A stretch of DNA of 64,000 nt from Octopus bimaculoides. Taxonomy: Eukaryota. How positions within the stretch are numbered: position 1 is the first letter of the stretch; the number at the start of each line of letters is the position of its first letter. The position numbers and the translations under genes were made by a program. The notes under the pieces were generated by a model that did not search any database, had not been told where the DNA came from, and saw only the letters and a program-made list of their open reading frames with translations. Below are positions 26,801 to 40,431 of this stretch, piece after piece. The stretch covers positions 141,655,869 through 141,719,868 of the forward strand of contig NC_068981.1 of NCBI RefSeq assembly GCF_001194135.2, in the 5' to 3' direction.

Positions 26801-27256
26801 ATGGCAAACTCCTTTGCGAATAGATTCTTTCTGTGAAATTTAAAATCTTATAACTAGCGTACGGAGTGGAATCAGCATCTGTTCACTAGAACCGTTAGAA
26901 ACAGCGGTTAATTCTTCCTTCAGTGACGCCTTAAAAAAAAAGGCACGTTGAACAGTGTTGTGCGACATGTACGAAATTAGAGTTCTATTGCATAATACCA
27001 AATAGCGCATTAGGATTTATTTCCGTACTTTTATCTATTGGTATTTAGGTATAACTCTGAACTGAGGGTGGAGACACATGATCAAAATCAATCCAGTCGT
27101 AACAATCGAATATTGCAGCTTCAGACAAAATGCTGGGGATTAACACTCATACTAACAGACATACACAGACGCGCGCGCCAGCACACACATATGTAACGAA
27201 GGCAGTAAATTACAACACAAAGAAAAGGACAACAGAAATACACTCTTTAACTATAT

Positions 27257-28108
27257 ACATGGAGGGTGCGATGGGTAAATTCTCACTATTTCATATTTTA
27301 ATTTCGCACATGCGCATCGTTTATTTCTGATTTTGTCGACTACACAGTATTGTAGGGTGAGTTGGGCACCGTCTGTGAGAAAACCAGTACCAAGTCGCAA
27401 TTCACTCTGTCAGACATTTAGAAACAACATGCTAGAAGCTCCAATTTCAGAGTGTTTAGTTTGGTCATCAATCTCAGGACAATGCAATCTGAGGACATGT
27501 AACGGGAGTGATAAAAATCAAACATCCAGTCAACATCATGTTGTTTGGAGTGATCACAAATGACGGCAACGTTATGCCTACGTTCATCTTCCCACACGGC
27601 CTCGGATCCAACACGGAGGCCTACATCAGGTGCCTGGAGGATGTAGTGCTGCACTGAGTAAAGAGGGTGGTTGCTGGAAGACCCTATGTCTAACAACAGA
27701 ACGAGCAGATGAAATCAATCATGGCTCTCAGAGACAATTTCTGCGACCACATCATTCCGAACATCTGGCCACCTAATTCCCCAGACTGCAACCACTTGAT
27801 TATTACGTGCAGGGCGCAGTTGAGCGAGATACAAACAGAATTCCGTGTAACACCAAAGATGAACTGAAGACAAGGATTATGGCAGCATTCACCAACTTAA
27901 ACAAGGAAGCCGTCTAGAAGTATTGCGGAGATTCCGAAGTCTTCTGGAGGCCATGGCTGAAGCTAATGGCGATATTATTGAATAAATTTAATCTTTAGTA
28001 TTTCAAGTTATTTTCGTGTAATTTTGGTAAATATATCTGTTAAAATGAGATGTCATTGCTATTTTCATTGTTGCGTAATTTAGATGACAAAACATTCACC
28101 GCACCCTG
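27257..28108 (+). mobile_element. Internally deleted Tc1/mariner element of maT (DD37D) type
   Basis: Ends agggtgcgatggg... and ...accgcaccctg; transposase remnant 27505-27985: KHPVNIMLFGVITNDG..PYV*QQ..WLS/DNFCDHIIPNIWPPNSPDCNHLDYY..GAVERDTN..EANGDIIE*. N-terminal domain deleted; the DD37D spacing is inferred from the motif type because the second Asp region is damaged. Confidence 0.85.
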
Positions 28109-29225
28109 TTTATGTGTGTTTATATACAATATATATATATGAGTGTGGGTGTGTCAGTGTGTGCACGTATGTATGTATATATTTATATATATGCAGGGCT
28201 CATCATCCACCAACGAAGCCGCAAATGCAAGATATAAATTAGTCCTAGAGCGCACAATATTCCTAAAGGTCAGCAATGGCCTTGCTCGGTCACTAGTGGA
28301 CGGCCATCATATATGCATATATATTTGTGTCTGTGCGTGCATGTGTGTCTGCGTGCATGTGTGTGTGTATAAGATGGGTGTGTGTATATATTTTTTGCAT
28401 ATATATATAACTTGTCGTTTTATATCAATTTATGTATGAAATTTATTCAATATTCGACTGGAGAATAACTCAGTAAACCCTAGTGGTGTTCATATTAACT
28501 TTCAAAGTTACAAAGAAAAGTATGACTGTGATTCAACGTTTCGACTTGCATTCCTACATATTTGTACGTATATACGTATGTAAATAAGCCTTTATGTTTG
28601 TTGCTAGTGGGAAGGTGTTCGATTGTGCTTTGGTGGGTGTTTTTGCTTGTGTCTATATGCATATTCTATGTATGCTAATATACTTTGAAAAATACAATAC
28701 TTTCTGTTTATATCGAGTGATGTGCTTCGGGACATGTTTAAGACCTGTAATTGTGAAAAATATGTAACCTCACGATAAGTACCAGATATTAAGCTAGGTA
28801 CTCCAACACGCCATGAATCGCTTAAGGGTTAACTTTATCCAGGCAAACGCTGTTTGGCTTCAAACAACCCAGGGCAGAAATCCATTATTAATAGGAAGAT
28901 ATATAGTTGTCACAATGTTTCGATACACTCAAACTTACAGTACAACTATTGTAAAGAGCCAAAAGTATATAACACGAAGAAAAGAGAGAAGTAATTCTAA
29001 AATATCAAGATGATAGGCGTTGGTATTTCATTCGATTATTTTCAATTATATCTGACGTGGCCGTCCAGACATAACGTCAATCTCAAAGACTAGACTGTTG
29101 ATCAAATCACGTTCTCAGACAAGTATGTATACATTTACAGAGAAATAAACAAACTAGCCCACACGCACATATATAGGTATAAGTAATCCATACATACGTA
29201 GGTACATACCCATATACAGCTATAT

Positions 29226-29301
29226 TTGTGTGTGTGTGTGTGTGCGTGTGTGCGCGCATGTGTGTATGTGTGTATGTGTGTGTGTATATATATATATATA
29301 A

Positions 29302-29391
<90 letters not shown>

Positions 29392-29908
29392 GTTTGTGTG
29401 TGCGTGTTTCTTTCTGTATGTTTGTGCGTGCGCCTGTATGTGTGTGTGTTTATAGATGAGGATGGTATACGTGTATATATAAACATTTCTTAAACAGCTG
29501 TCATAGTCAATTTCCATGAAACTTAAAGTAAACCTGATATATAATTTCTCTCTGTCTCTCTCTCTTTCACTTCATCTATTACACTGTATCTATTTCATTC
29601 TCATTCTCTCTGTCTCTTCTTGTCTGTCTGTGTCTCTTTTTTCTCTCTCTCTAAATGTATAGAAGTGTGTGTGTGTGAGTGTGTGTGTGAGTGTGCGTGT
29701 GAGTGTGTGTGTGTGAGTGTGTGTGTGTGAGTGTGTGTGGGAGTGTGTGTGTGAGTGTGTGCGTGTTTGTGTGTGAGTGTCCACGTGCGTATATGATTGT
29801 GCATACGTATATAAATACGTGCAAACATATATAAATATATATGTATATATATATGCGTACATACATATATAGGCATTATATATATTGTATTCATATAAAC
29901 ATAGACAG

Positions 29909-29939
<31 letters not shown>

Positions 29940-30083
29940 TATATATATACACACACAAATAATGTCTATATTGATGTATATATAGGTAGCTATATTGATA
30001 GAGAAAGAGACACCGAACCAGAGACAGATACTCAGAAAGAAAGACATATACACAACTAGATAGACAGATAGATAGATGCATAG

Positions 30084-30117
<34 letters not shown>

Positions 30118-30130
30118 AGGTATATTAATA
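29226..30130. repeat. Compound microsatellite field (GT, AT, CT, GTGTGA, GATA, GA)
   Basis: Seen directly. Confidence 0.95.
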
Positions 30131-30892
30131 GAGAGGTAGATATTTATAGAAATATATTCCTAGTATAACAAAGAATGTGTTCAATGCGGAGCTAATAATG
30201 GTCATTATGCTCTAGGGAATATATTTGAAAGTATTACTCACTACTATATTATGATTAAATCTGTATGTGAGTGTGTCAGTGTGTCCATGCGTGTTTATAC
30301 ATCCTTCCATATATCCATACATACATGCGTGCATACACACACACATACACACACACACATACATATATATAAATATATATGTATATACATACACACATAC
30401 ATACATAGGCACAGATATGTTACGTATATATGTCTATGTACATATGTGTTTTTATTCAGATTATATTCATAAGATTTTTGTTACCATGGTAATTAAAAAA
30501 TATTTTTTTACGTCGTTTTCAGTCCGGACAATCTATATTTATACGGTCATTTTCCCCACTTTCATCTATATTATAATTATATTATAATTTCATAAAATAT
30601 CAATTTGCTTTCGTTTGATTGAGTCTGATACATGTGTAAATCACTTCCGTCTTTCACTGATAACTTTTTATCTCAATATGTTGTGCTTACCCTATGCGTC
30701 TCTGTCATCTAAGTTTATCAATGTTAGTATAATAAAGATATTTTATGCGTATATACGTACATGAGTGTGTGCATGTGTGTGTGTGTGTACGTATATGTGT
30801 TTCTATGTGCGTACGAATATATGCTTAACAAATATTGTAATATAAAAGATAGGCAGTCAGATAGAAAAACAGACGCGTAGGTAGATAGAATG

Positions 30893-30942
30893 ATAGATAT
30901 TTAGATAGATAAATAGATAGACAGATAGATAGATAGACAGAC

Positions 30943-31002
<60 letters not shown>

Positions 31003-31003
31003 G
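30893..31003. repeat. (GATA)n microsatellite
   Basis: Seen directly. Confidence 0.97.
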
Positions 31004-31044
31004 AACATACAGACATATATTTGGGAGGGCTAGAGTGCTAATAG

Positions 31045-31081
31045 TGGACGTTGTTGGACGTTGTTGGACGTTGTTGGACGT
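31045..31081. repeat. 10-bp tandem repeat (tggacgttgt) x3.7
   Basis: Perfect copies at 31045, 31055, 31065 and a partial copy at 31075. Confidence 0.95.
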
Positions 31082-31479
31082 GACAACCGTTCATATAGTG
31101 TCGTATGTGAAGCGCAGTGTGAAGGACATTGCCGTAATTTAGAGCAATGTGATAGGTAGATAGTTAGGCCTGGTAGATTTCTCTTTCGTAAATTGCTTTA
31201 GAGCAATCTAGCAGAATGCCACTAATTTAAGTGTTCAGAGGCAGATGGAACGTATAGTCAGGCAGTTTATACAGGAGTTTACCGCACCAGTCAAAGTTGA
31301 AATCATTGCTGACCTCAAGTGGCAATTCTGCTTTCCTAAGCGTTCATATATAATTATTAATATCTATTAATATGAAAGCCGAAGGTTGATCATTAAGAAG
31401 AGAAAGATATATTCGCGATGGTAGAGAATATTGCTATTAGAAGTTTCGGTTATTTTATATATTAAAAATGATTACGATA

Positions 31480-31800
31480 GGAAGAGATTTATCGGAGTCA
31501 GAGTGTTTATCTTTTGGGGAACAAGACATACTGTTGCATGTTAGCAAGATGGGGATTTATCCTGATGTAGAAAGATACTGAAAATTTTCGTGAATATTGG
31601 TGAGAATTTCTGTGGTGCATATTTTTTGAATAACAGTAGAAAATTGTCTTGATCCGTTCCCTCCAAAGTTTGGAGGAAACGGACATAAATATTCACTGAT
31701 TGTGAACCTATGCTCGAGCATAAGTCTAACTGAGTGGAAGGAAGGCGATTTGGAAAACTTCCTAATTGCGCCAGGTGGATGTTTGATAGAAAGCAAATGG
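31480..31800 (+). mobile_element. Possible very old RTE 3' fragment
   Basis: *CRKILKI and VEGRRFGKLPNCARWM resemble RTE C-terminal WC.RRIL.I and VEGRR.RGRP..RW motifs; weak. Confidence 0.35.
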
Positions 31801-32269
31801 AGAATTTTAGTGCTTTTTTTCAATGAAAGCTCGTCACAGACTAATCATTATTGAGATGTTAAATAAAGGAGGTTCCACAAAACTGGTGTGATTTTCCCTA
31901 CACTCGTCCTTTTTTTTTTTTTGGTGTTTGACAAAAAAAGTGCGAAAAAGATTGATTGAAGTTTGTGAGTCTGAGACGTTTGAATCCTTTGGGATAATAC
32001 GATCTTGCAAATGTGTGCCAATGAGTAAACGCCAAGTATTTGGGATTTAAGGCTGATGTACACTATGTTCTGGCCTGAAATGCTGCGGTGCACTTACGAT
32101 TACATTTAAGAGACTTGAAGATTTAAAAGTTTTGCTGAATGTTGAATATAAATGTATGTAACAAAAAGGAAATTTTCTGTAACCCTAATTGTTTGGAAGT
32201 GTTATCATGTACATTGTTTTGTCTTGGTATAAAAGATGGGCTACAGAAAATATTCTGCTTCATACCACA

Positions 32270-32535
32270 GATTTGCTTGTCAGTTGTTTGACCTTAACCA
32301 GTTGAGCATGCCCCTTTGTGTCTGACGATATGTGCATCTCTGATCATGAGCAGAAGTAGTGGGGGAGCATCATAGCCATGAATTCTTTGGGGTTTGAATA
32401 ATTGGCCTTTGGAAACATGGGTGTTTTGCTCAACATCCTTAAACAAACCTTATTCAGGGACCATTTAAGTGGGATGGGCTACTCGACCTGAAGAAGATTC
32501 TAACTGGGCCCCACCTGCGAGGTCATGCGCTATTT
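32270..32535 (+). mobile_element. Interspersed repeat (SINE/LINE-tail-like), cut by N-gap
   Basis: GC-richer block gaccttaaccagttgagcatg...gggatgggctactcgacctgaag resembling a recalled common Octopus repeat; no second copy in window. Confidence 0.35.
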
Positions 32536-35364
32536 NNNNNNNNNNNNNNNNNNNNNNNNNNNNNNNNNNNNNNNNNNNNNNNNNNNNNNNNNNNNNNNNN
32601 NNNNNNNNNNNNNNNNNNNNNNNNNNNNNNNNNNNNNNNNNNNNNNNNNNNNNNNNNNNNNNNNNNNNNNNNNNNNNNNNNNNNNNNNNNNNNNNNNNNN
32701 NNNNNNNNNNNNNNNNNNNNNNNNNNNNNNNNNNNNNNNNNNNNNNNNNNNNNNNNNNNNNNNNNNNNNNNNNNNNNNNNNNNNNNNNNNNNNNNNNNNN
32801 NNNNNNNNNNNNNNNNNNNNNNNNNNNNNNNNNNNNNNNNNNNNNNNNNNNNNNNNNNNNNNNNNNNNNNNNNNNNNNNNNNNNNNNNNNNNNNNNNNNN
32901 NNNNNNNNNNNNNNNNNNNNNNNNNNNNNNNNNNNNNNNNNNNNNNNNNNNNNNNNNNNNNNNNNNNNNNNNNNNNNNNNNNNNNNNNNNNNNNNNNNNN
33001 NNNNNNNNNNNNNNNNNNNNNNNNNNNNNNNNNNNNNNNNNNNNNNNNNNNNNNNNNNNNNNNNNNNNNNNNNNNNNNNNNNNNNNNNNNNNNNNNNNNN
33101 NNNNNNNNNNNNNNNNNNNNNNNNNNNNNNNNNNNNNNNNNNNNNNNNNNNNNNNNNNNNNNNNNNNNNNNNNNNNNNNNNNNNNNNNNNNNNNNNNNNN
33201 NNNNNNNNNNNNNNNNNNNNNNNNNNNNNNNNNNNNNNNNNNNNNNNNNNNNNNNNNNNNNNNNNNNNNNNNNNNNNNNNTATATATATATACATACATA
33301 CTCTGAATATCAATTTCTGGAGGCACCAAGGATTTCAAAAATATGTCATGAAAAGGCAGCAGAAAACCATGAGAAAGGTTTTTATACATACCGAATATAA
33401 TGCCGTCATACGCAAACACTACAATGATAAGATATTTTACAAAAGCTAACGGAGACTTTAAAATATCAACGACGTCTTCAATCAGAAAGACGAAAACATT
33501 CTATAAAAATAATTATAAACTACCGAATTTACATATTCGGAAAACAATATACAGGTTGGCATATGTTTAAAAATAGTTTTAAGTTAAGCACTTGGCGAGT
33601 AACATCAAGAGGATATAGTTACTCGATGTCCTCAACCTCTGCTACTTGCCGGTGCTTCATTTTATTGACAACTGAAAGAGAGGAGAGTTAACAGTGACCT
33701 CAATGGGAATTGAACTCGGAATATAACAAGTCAGATGCAAATTGTGACTCATTTGTCAGACGCCTATAAAGTATTTGTTGTTTTGAAGGACAGTTCGTAT
33801 TTGGGTAGGTTAGCTATGTATGAGAGATTTTTTGCATATGCTGTGACAAAAAAGTAGTGGAAATAGAGGATGTTTTATAAAGCATCAAACATAATATATC
33901 TGCGTAGAGTAGATGCAACAGATATTGCGAGAGGCAGAGAAATAATCCTATGATTGATATGCTGAAAATAGCCGAGATTGTTTCCCATATCACATCCTAT
34001 AGTCTTTAAAAAATGTTTATTGGAAAATGTAATTTGCTTGAATATATGACAGAATGGTCATGGCTGGAAAACCTTTTATAATGTTGAATGAAGAATTACG
34101 AAAGAGTAAAATATTGTAACAGCAACGGCGAAGCCAACAAATGCAAGAAATAACATAACATAAATGCAACAAAGACGAAAAGAAAATGGCATTTTACGCA
34201 AACGCCAAAACAATTATGAAGCGGAAATGAACGGGAGAAAATATGGACAAAATATCATTCCTTTAGTATCGACAAGTTTTCTGCAGTAAAACTGCTACTG
34301 GTATCCAAAGACTTCCATATCGCTTCAGTGTATTAGAATGAGGTGAATTAATGTGGTATTCAAAAAATGATTTACAAATCAAGGCAAATTTATACTAAAT
34401 TTACAATCATTTGCATCAATGAAATTCTAATAGCATTTTCAGATTTAGGAAAACTTTCAAATCATTATGAATTATGGAAAAATGAAAATTTTAGATTCAA
34501 TTTTCTTTTTGCATAATGCAAATGCTTTCAAAATAATAAAAATTAAATAAGTGAGAAAGAAACACAAAACAAGCATATCCTCATAAAATTGCAGTTGTTA
34601 TCGTTGTTGTTGTAGCTGTTGTTGCTGTAAATGGAGTTGTTGTAGTGATGATTCGGCTCCGATCGATCCGAACTCAGATGAAAAGCGTTCCATCCATGAC
34701 TATACTGTCTTGTTTTACAACACAGTGTATCTAGGGTTACGTGTCACTTCTTTCTGTGAGTCGAGAGACATTTAGTTGCTAATGCTTGCAGATCTGACAT
34801 AATAACTCTCAAATGGATTGTTCAATTCCAAAGTCATTTGAAGCACATGTTGCATAATATACCAAATAACGATAGATGCTGATAGTATAATTTGTCTGTC
34901 ACTCACTCACTCACTCACTCTCCCCTCACTCTTTCTGTTTCTTTGATTGTTCATTGAACTCCGATCAAGGTACAACGATATTTCTGTCTAAGACTATATT
35001 TTCCAATCAGCCGAAATATTTCAAAGAAAGTGAGCCGTTATTTCTGACACGTTTGACACAAATAATAATTCTAGGTGAACGAGCAATCGAGTAGAGGTTT
35101 CTTCATTGGTATATGTGGGTGGTTTGGTGGATAATTAGGGAGGAAACACAGAGGAGGATGTAGTGAATTCCATTTGTAATTGGGATTGTATTTCTGGCCG
35201 ATGAGGGTTAAGAGGACATAAAAATGAATAGAGATAATGTTGGGAGTGATTGTGGATTTTTATAAAGATGTGTTTCTGGGGAAAATTTAAAGGTATACAT
35301 TCGGTGCCAGTAGTAGGTTAAACATAGACGTCGAGTATATGCTTTTAGGACCTCAATTTGGCTG

Positions 35365-35600
35365 AGATGAACGCGTTTTCTCTAGCACGGTAACTCGCCA
35401 TTCATTTCAGTTCTTTGTCATCTCCTATTGAGGTCAGTCTTCATTACTTCATCTCACTTCTTCCTCAATTTTCCTCTTTTGTGAGCAACATCCACATTTA
35501 GCATTCAGCATTTCTTCATGCAGCTGGGTTCATTCATGCAGCTGGGTTCATTCATGCGCATCACACAATCATAGCAACTCAATATATCCTTTTGCACACT
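35365..35600 (-). mobile_element. RTE LINE 3' end
   Basis: Minus strand: VMRMNEPSC(MNEPSC)MKKC..RGKLRKK*DEVMKTDL..EMT...WRVTVLEKT, typical RTE C-terminus; contains an 18-bp tandem duplication. Confidence 0.7.
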
Positions 35601-35626
35601 ATATCTGATGCCTATAGTGTTACACA

Positions 35627-35664
<38 letters not shown>

Positions 35665-35674
35665 NNNNNNNNNN

Positions 35675-35753
<79 letters not shown>

Positions 35754-37567
35754 AATTCGTTTTGAATTTTTTAAGAGAAAAACTGACAGAAGTTGAATAT
35801 TTGTTAATACACTTTGCTTCCGACATCTATAGTCACAATATAATCTGAATTTGTGACGGAGCTTATACCAAATATATCTGTTCCGGACCTCTTCACCCAG
35901 AACTCAGCTCACACCTTCAATATTTGTCTACTATTCTCTTTGACTTTGGTCACACAAATGTAAGATTTGAGTGAAAGTATATGGCGATTGGCAAGGGTAC
36001 AGATCGCGCTCGAAATTTAATAAGAAACAGAAGCCTATTGGACATTATTATATTTTCTGAATATTTCAGATACGCCGCCTACAATTATAAGCCACACAGA
36101 ACAAGACATTCTCAGATACAGACAAAAATGCTCAGCTTGCCTCTGCAGAAAAGAATTTTATAACAAGAAAATCTGAAAATTTCCTGTAAATTAGAAGCTG
36201 GGAAAAGTGACGAGAATAACAAAGAAACAAAAGCAAGATTCAATGTTGAAAGAATAAGAATAACTTTAAGAAAAGAAAGATGCAATGAATTACAAAGAGA
36301 AGCAAAAACAAAACTAAAACAAAACTAAAAACCCCGGGAAAACTGCAAAAGGAAAACACAAGAAAAATAGGTTAATTATTAGATATAGATGTAGGGTTCA
36401 TCTAATCGTAACAATATCATCAAAAACGACACAAAAGAAAAGATTATTTAAAGCAGAACAAATGAAGTTGTTCAAAGTAATAGTCGAGAACAATACATGT
36501 TTTGAAAAAAAATGACTACATCATAGATTATGGACAGATGAATATCGAACGCCAATCTCATAGTGGCAAACATTTTCTTTTTATCAAAGCATCCCTCAGA
36601 GAGTAAATTCAATAACTGCTGTCACGAAAGGAATGTAAAATAGTTTCACCGTAAAGAAACAACGCCATACATTCGTAATTTAATGAGCAAACGCAAGAAT
36701 CCTAATTACAAAACATTGGTTGTAACATCTAATTATATTAGCTTTTACAAGTGAACATTTTCCTTTGCTTCACTGAGAGATTGCATATTAGATAGGCCAC
36801 GCTGTGTGCCGCATTGTGTTTTTTGCTTGTGACTAGGTTTACCAAAGTGATAAAATATACATTTGGCGGGAATCGCAAAAATTTGTATAACTTACGTAAC
36901 TTATTTGAAAGTAGCCCCAAATATTAGATTAAAGAATCTGGCTTAAAATAACAAACGCATCACTCACGTTATTACTATTTGAGATGAATTCGACAGAAGA
37001 GACAATGTCTGTGTTTGGCGCCTGAAACATGCTTGATGTACTTGAAAGTGAAGAAGCTCAGTATGATGCTGAACGTAATATAACAATATCATTAGCTAAT
37101 ATTGGCCTAAGATATGAGAATATCCTAATATTTTAAGAATACTGAAAGTGAATCATGTTTTCGATGTGACTTTTTGTGTACCCATGAGCCAAGAAATTTT
37201 CTATTGTTTGAAATATTGAACTTAATCAAAACTTAATGGCTTACATTTTCTATTACAATAAACATTCAAAATCACAGCCACGAGTGAATTTTATTATAAA
37301 CTGAATTACACCAATAGAAGTACATGTGTTAGTAAGTTGCAATACAAAATTCCTACAATAGCTGTAAAATAATATGAAACACTCTGATTCTTATGAAATT
37401 TCTTCAAAAACATGTTGTGTACCTTCTTTTTACTTTAGAAGAAAATAACTTGAGTCTATGACATAACATGGAAGTCGGGTATTTAAACAAGTAACAAAGT
37501 TTTGCTTTTTTTATAGCCACAATATCGTATAGCAGTTATTTTAGCATCATTATTTCAAGGATATAAC

Positions 37568-37945
37568 AGTCGGTGAGCTGGCAGAATCGTTAGCACGCCG
37601 GGCGAAATGCTTAATGGCATTTCGTCCGTCCTTACTTTCTGAATTAAAATTCCGTCGAGATCTACTTTGCTTTTCATTCTTTTAGAGTCGATAAATAAAG
37701 TACATGTGAAGGATTTGCAGTCAATGTAATCGACTTGTTCTTTCCCAAAAAATTTCAGGCGTTGTGCGTATAGTGGAAAGGATTATTTCAAGGGTATGAG
37801 TTGACAGGATCGTTAGCGGCTTTTCTTCCGATAGCCAACTTTCTAATTTAAATTCTGCTCATAATTCTTCGGGGTAGATAAATCGATTTACTCACTCCCT
37901 CGAAATTGTTGGCTTTGTGCCAAAATTTGAATCCATTATTTCAAG
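37568..37945 (+). mobile_element. Family A SINE dimer (well-preserved monomer plus older monomer)
   Basis: ggtgagctggcagaatcgttagcacgccgggcgaaatgc (A-box), aattaaaattcc (B-box variant), tail ggcgttgtg..gaaaggattatt; second unit 37795-37940. Confidence 0.88.
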
Positions 37946-38866
37946 GATATACACAGAATGTGAAAGAGAATTACCATAGAGCCATGGTGATAGAACATGT
38001 GGAAAACCCGATATATTTATCACAATGACGTGCTATTCTTCATGGGATGGAATTAAAGATAATCTCTTTACTGCACAACTTTCACAAATAGACAAAATCG
38101 TAGCAAGAGTATTTAAGATAAAACTGGCATGTTTATTGAACAAACACGAAAACTACTATTTTTGGAAATACGAAGGGTTGTTGCTTTTCGATTGAATTCC
38201 AGAAAGGGGGATTACCAGATGCTTATAATCTGACGTTAAAAGACGCAAACGATAAAACTAATGATCCACGCAAATAGAAGTAGTGTACACAGAGAAATCT
38301 GATCTTTATACTGATCCAATGCTTCACGAAACCAATAAGAAGTGAATGATTCATAGTATCTATAGCATCTAAATCCTAATGCTTAAACATGGGAAATAAT
38401 AAATGTGAAGATTTTCCTACAAAATCCAAGGAATATAGTCCAGTAAATGTTGACGGTTGTCTAACGTACAAAAGACGAGTAAATATTATTGAACAAATTT
38501 CAAAAAATAAAATTAACCGCAGATACATTTTTTACATTAAAAAATTGGTGTGAGGAAAATACAGGAGTTTGAACTACAGGGGATTCAATCACATACATCA
38601 GCAACATATCGACATGTATAAGATTTACGTGAGTAAACTGAGTCAGGCTGACTTGATGTTAGAGGATACGATTTTTATGCGCAAAAAATTATAGAAAAAT
38701 TAGTACGTATGACTCTTTAAAATGATGGTCTAATGAAGTGTTAACGAAATTAAACAGCTTATTAAGATAATTTTCCACAAGAAAATTTATTCAAACAACG
38801 AATAAAAACTGTTATTTTAACTGTTATATGTCTGTGTGCGCGTGTGTGTTTGCATGTATTTATATG

Positions 38867-38947
<81 letters not shown>

Positions 38948-40379
38948 NNNNNNNNNNNNNNNNNNNNNNNNNNNNNNNNNNNNNNNNNNNNNNNNNNNNN
39001 NNNNNNNNNNNNNNNNNNNNNNNNNNNNNNNNNNNNNNNNNNNNNNNNNNNNNNNNNNNNNNNNNNNNNNNNNNNNNNNNNNNNNNNNNNNNNNNNNNNN
39101 NNNNNNNNNNNNNNNNNNNNNNNNNNNNNNNNNNNNNNNNNNNNNNNNNNNNNNNNNNNNNNNNNNNNNNNNNNNNNNNNNNNNNNNNNNNNNNNNNNNN
39201 NNNNNNNNNNNNNNNNNNNNNNNNNNNNNNNNNNNNNNNNNNNNNNNNNNNNNNNNNNNNNNNNNNNNNNNNNNNNNNNNNNNNNNNNNNNNNNNNNNNN
39301 NNNNNNNNNNNNNNNNNNNNNNNNNNNNNNNNNNNNNNNNNNNNNNNNNNNNNNNNNNNNNNNNNNNNNNNNNNNNNNNNNNNNNNNNNNNNNNNNNNNN
39401 NNNNNNNNNNNNNNNNNNNNNNNNNNNNNNNNNNNNNTATATATAATATTGTATTTCGCGGTACTCATTTTTATTTTTTCATTTATTTTAGCCATTCGTA
39501 CAAACACAAATTGAGCAGATACACCCATCACCACACCATACCATGTGGCTAAAAACAGATGGGAAGAGAAGAGAGAGAAAAATCGTAAATAGTACACAGA
39601 TACATACAAGGTAATACTCACACACAATACATGTGATACATCTAGGAAATAGAGATAGATAAATAGAAAACAAATTAATTAATTAATCAATTATTTAATT
39701 AATTAATAAAACTTTATAATGGGCACGGATACAAACAACATACGAAGGGAGCCCTTGCACACTCACAAACACACACACAAGTAATTTCATGGACGGCCTC
39801 AACAATATCAGTAACATGAATGACAATGACAGCAGTAGCAGTGGTGACAACAATGGCAATAACAACAACAGCTACCACAATGGCAAGACCGTGGGCGAGC
39901 ACACAAAAACAGAGAGATACAGGAACTGCACCAAATTTACGGGTCTTAGGACAACAGCACCATGGGGTGTGAGGATGGGGTTGAGAGGAGGACCATACTT
40001 CTACTAAGATCAATGACACACACAAGCATACATACACACAGATGCACACACACACATACACACACACATGCACAGACAAAGTGGGGCGCAAACGCATACG
40101 CACACGCATATAAGGATAAACATCTTAGAAGAATAGAATGGAGTAAGTATAGAAAGAACACACATTTAAACGAAAAGTGCCTTTGAAGTGGTTACAGACG
40201 TGTGATGAAAGATTTGCGGACAATAGACATGAGTTAAAATAAAAATAAAAATAAGAACAGTAATAATGGAGTGAAGAACAAATATATAGTGCGTGTGTTT
40301 ATTTGAAGAAAAAAAAATTACCATCCCGACATAGAACAATATCCGTTAGGAAAATTGCAACACAAATTGATATACGTAT

Positions 40380-40431
<52 letters not shown>

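Noticed and set aside
28822-28832. piggyBac-like right end (GGG-TTAA), also near 21520, 35208 and 51163
   Set aside because: No matching TTAA-CCC left end or transposase found; motif too short.
37568-37700. tRNA gene calls at SINE heads (also 43915, 54438, 63603)
   Set aside because: A-box and B-box are present but no cloverleaf or anticodon arm can be folded and each continues into a SINE body.
39789-40007. 72-aa Asn/Ser-rich ORF
   Set aside because: N-terminal half is a degenerate (AAC/GAC) trinucleotide tract flanked by CA repeats; no homology recognised.
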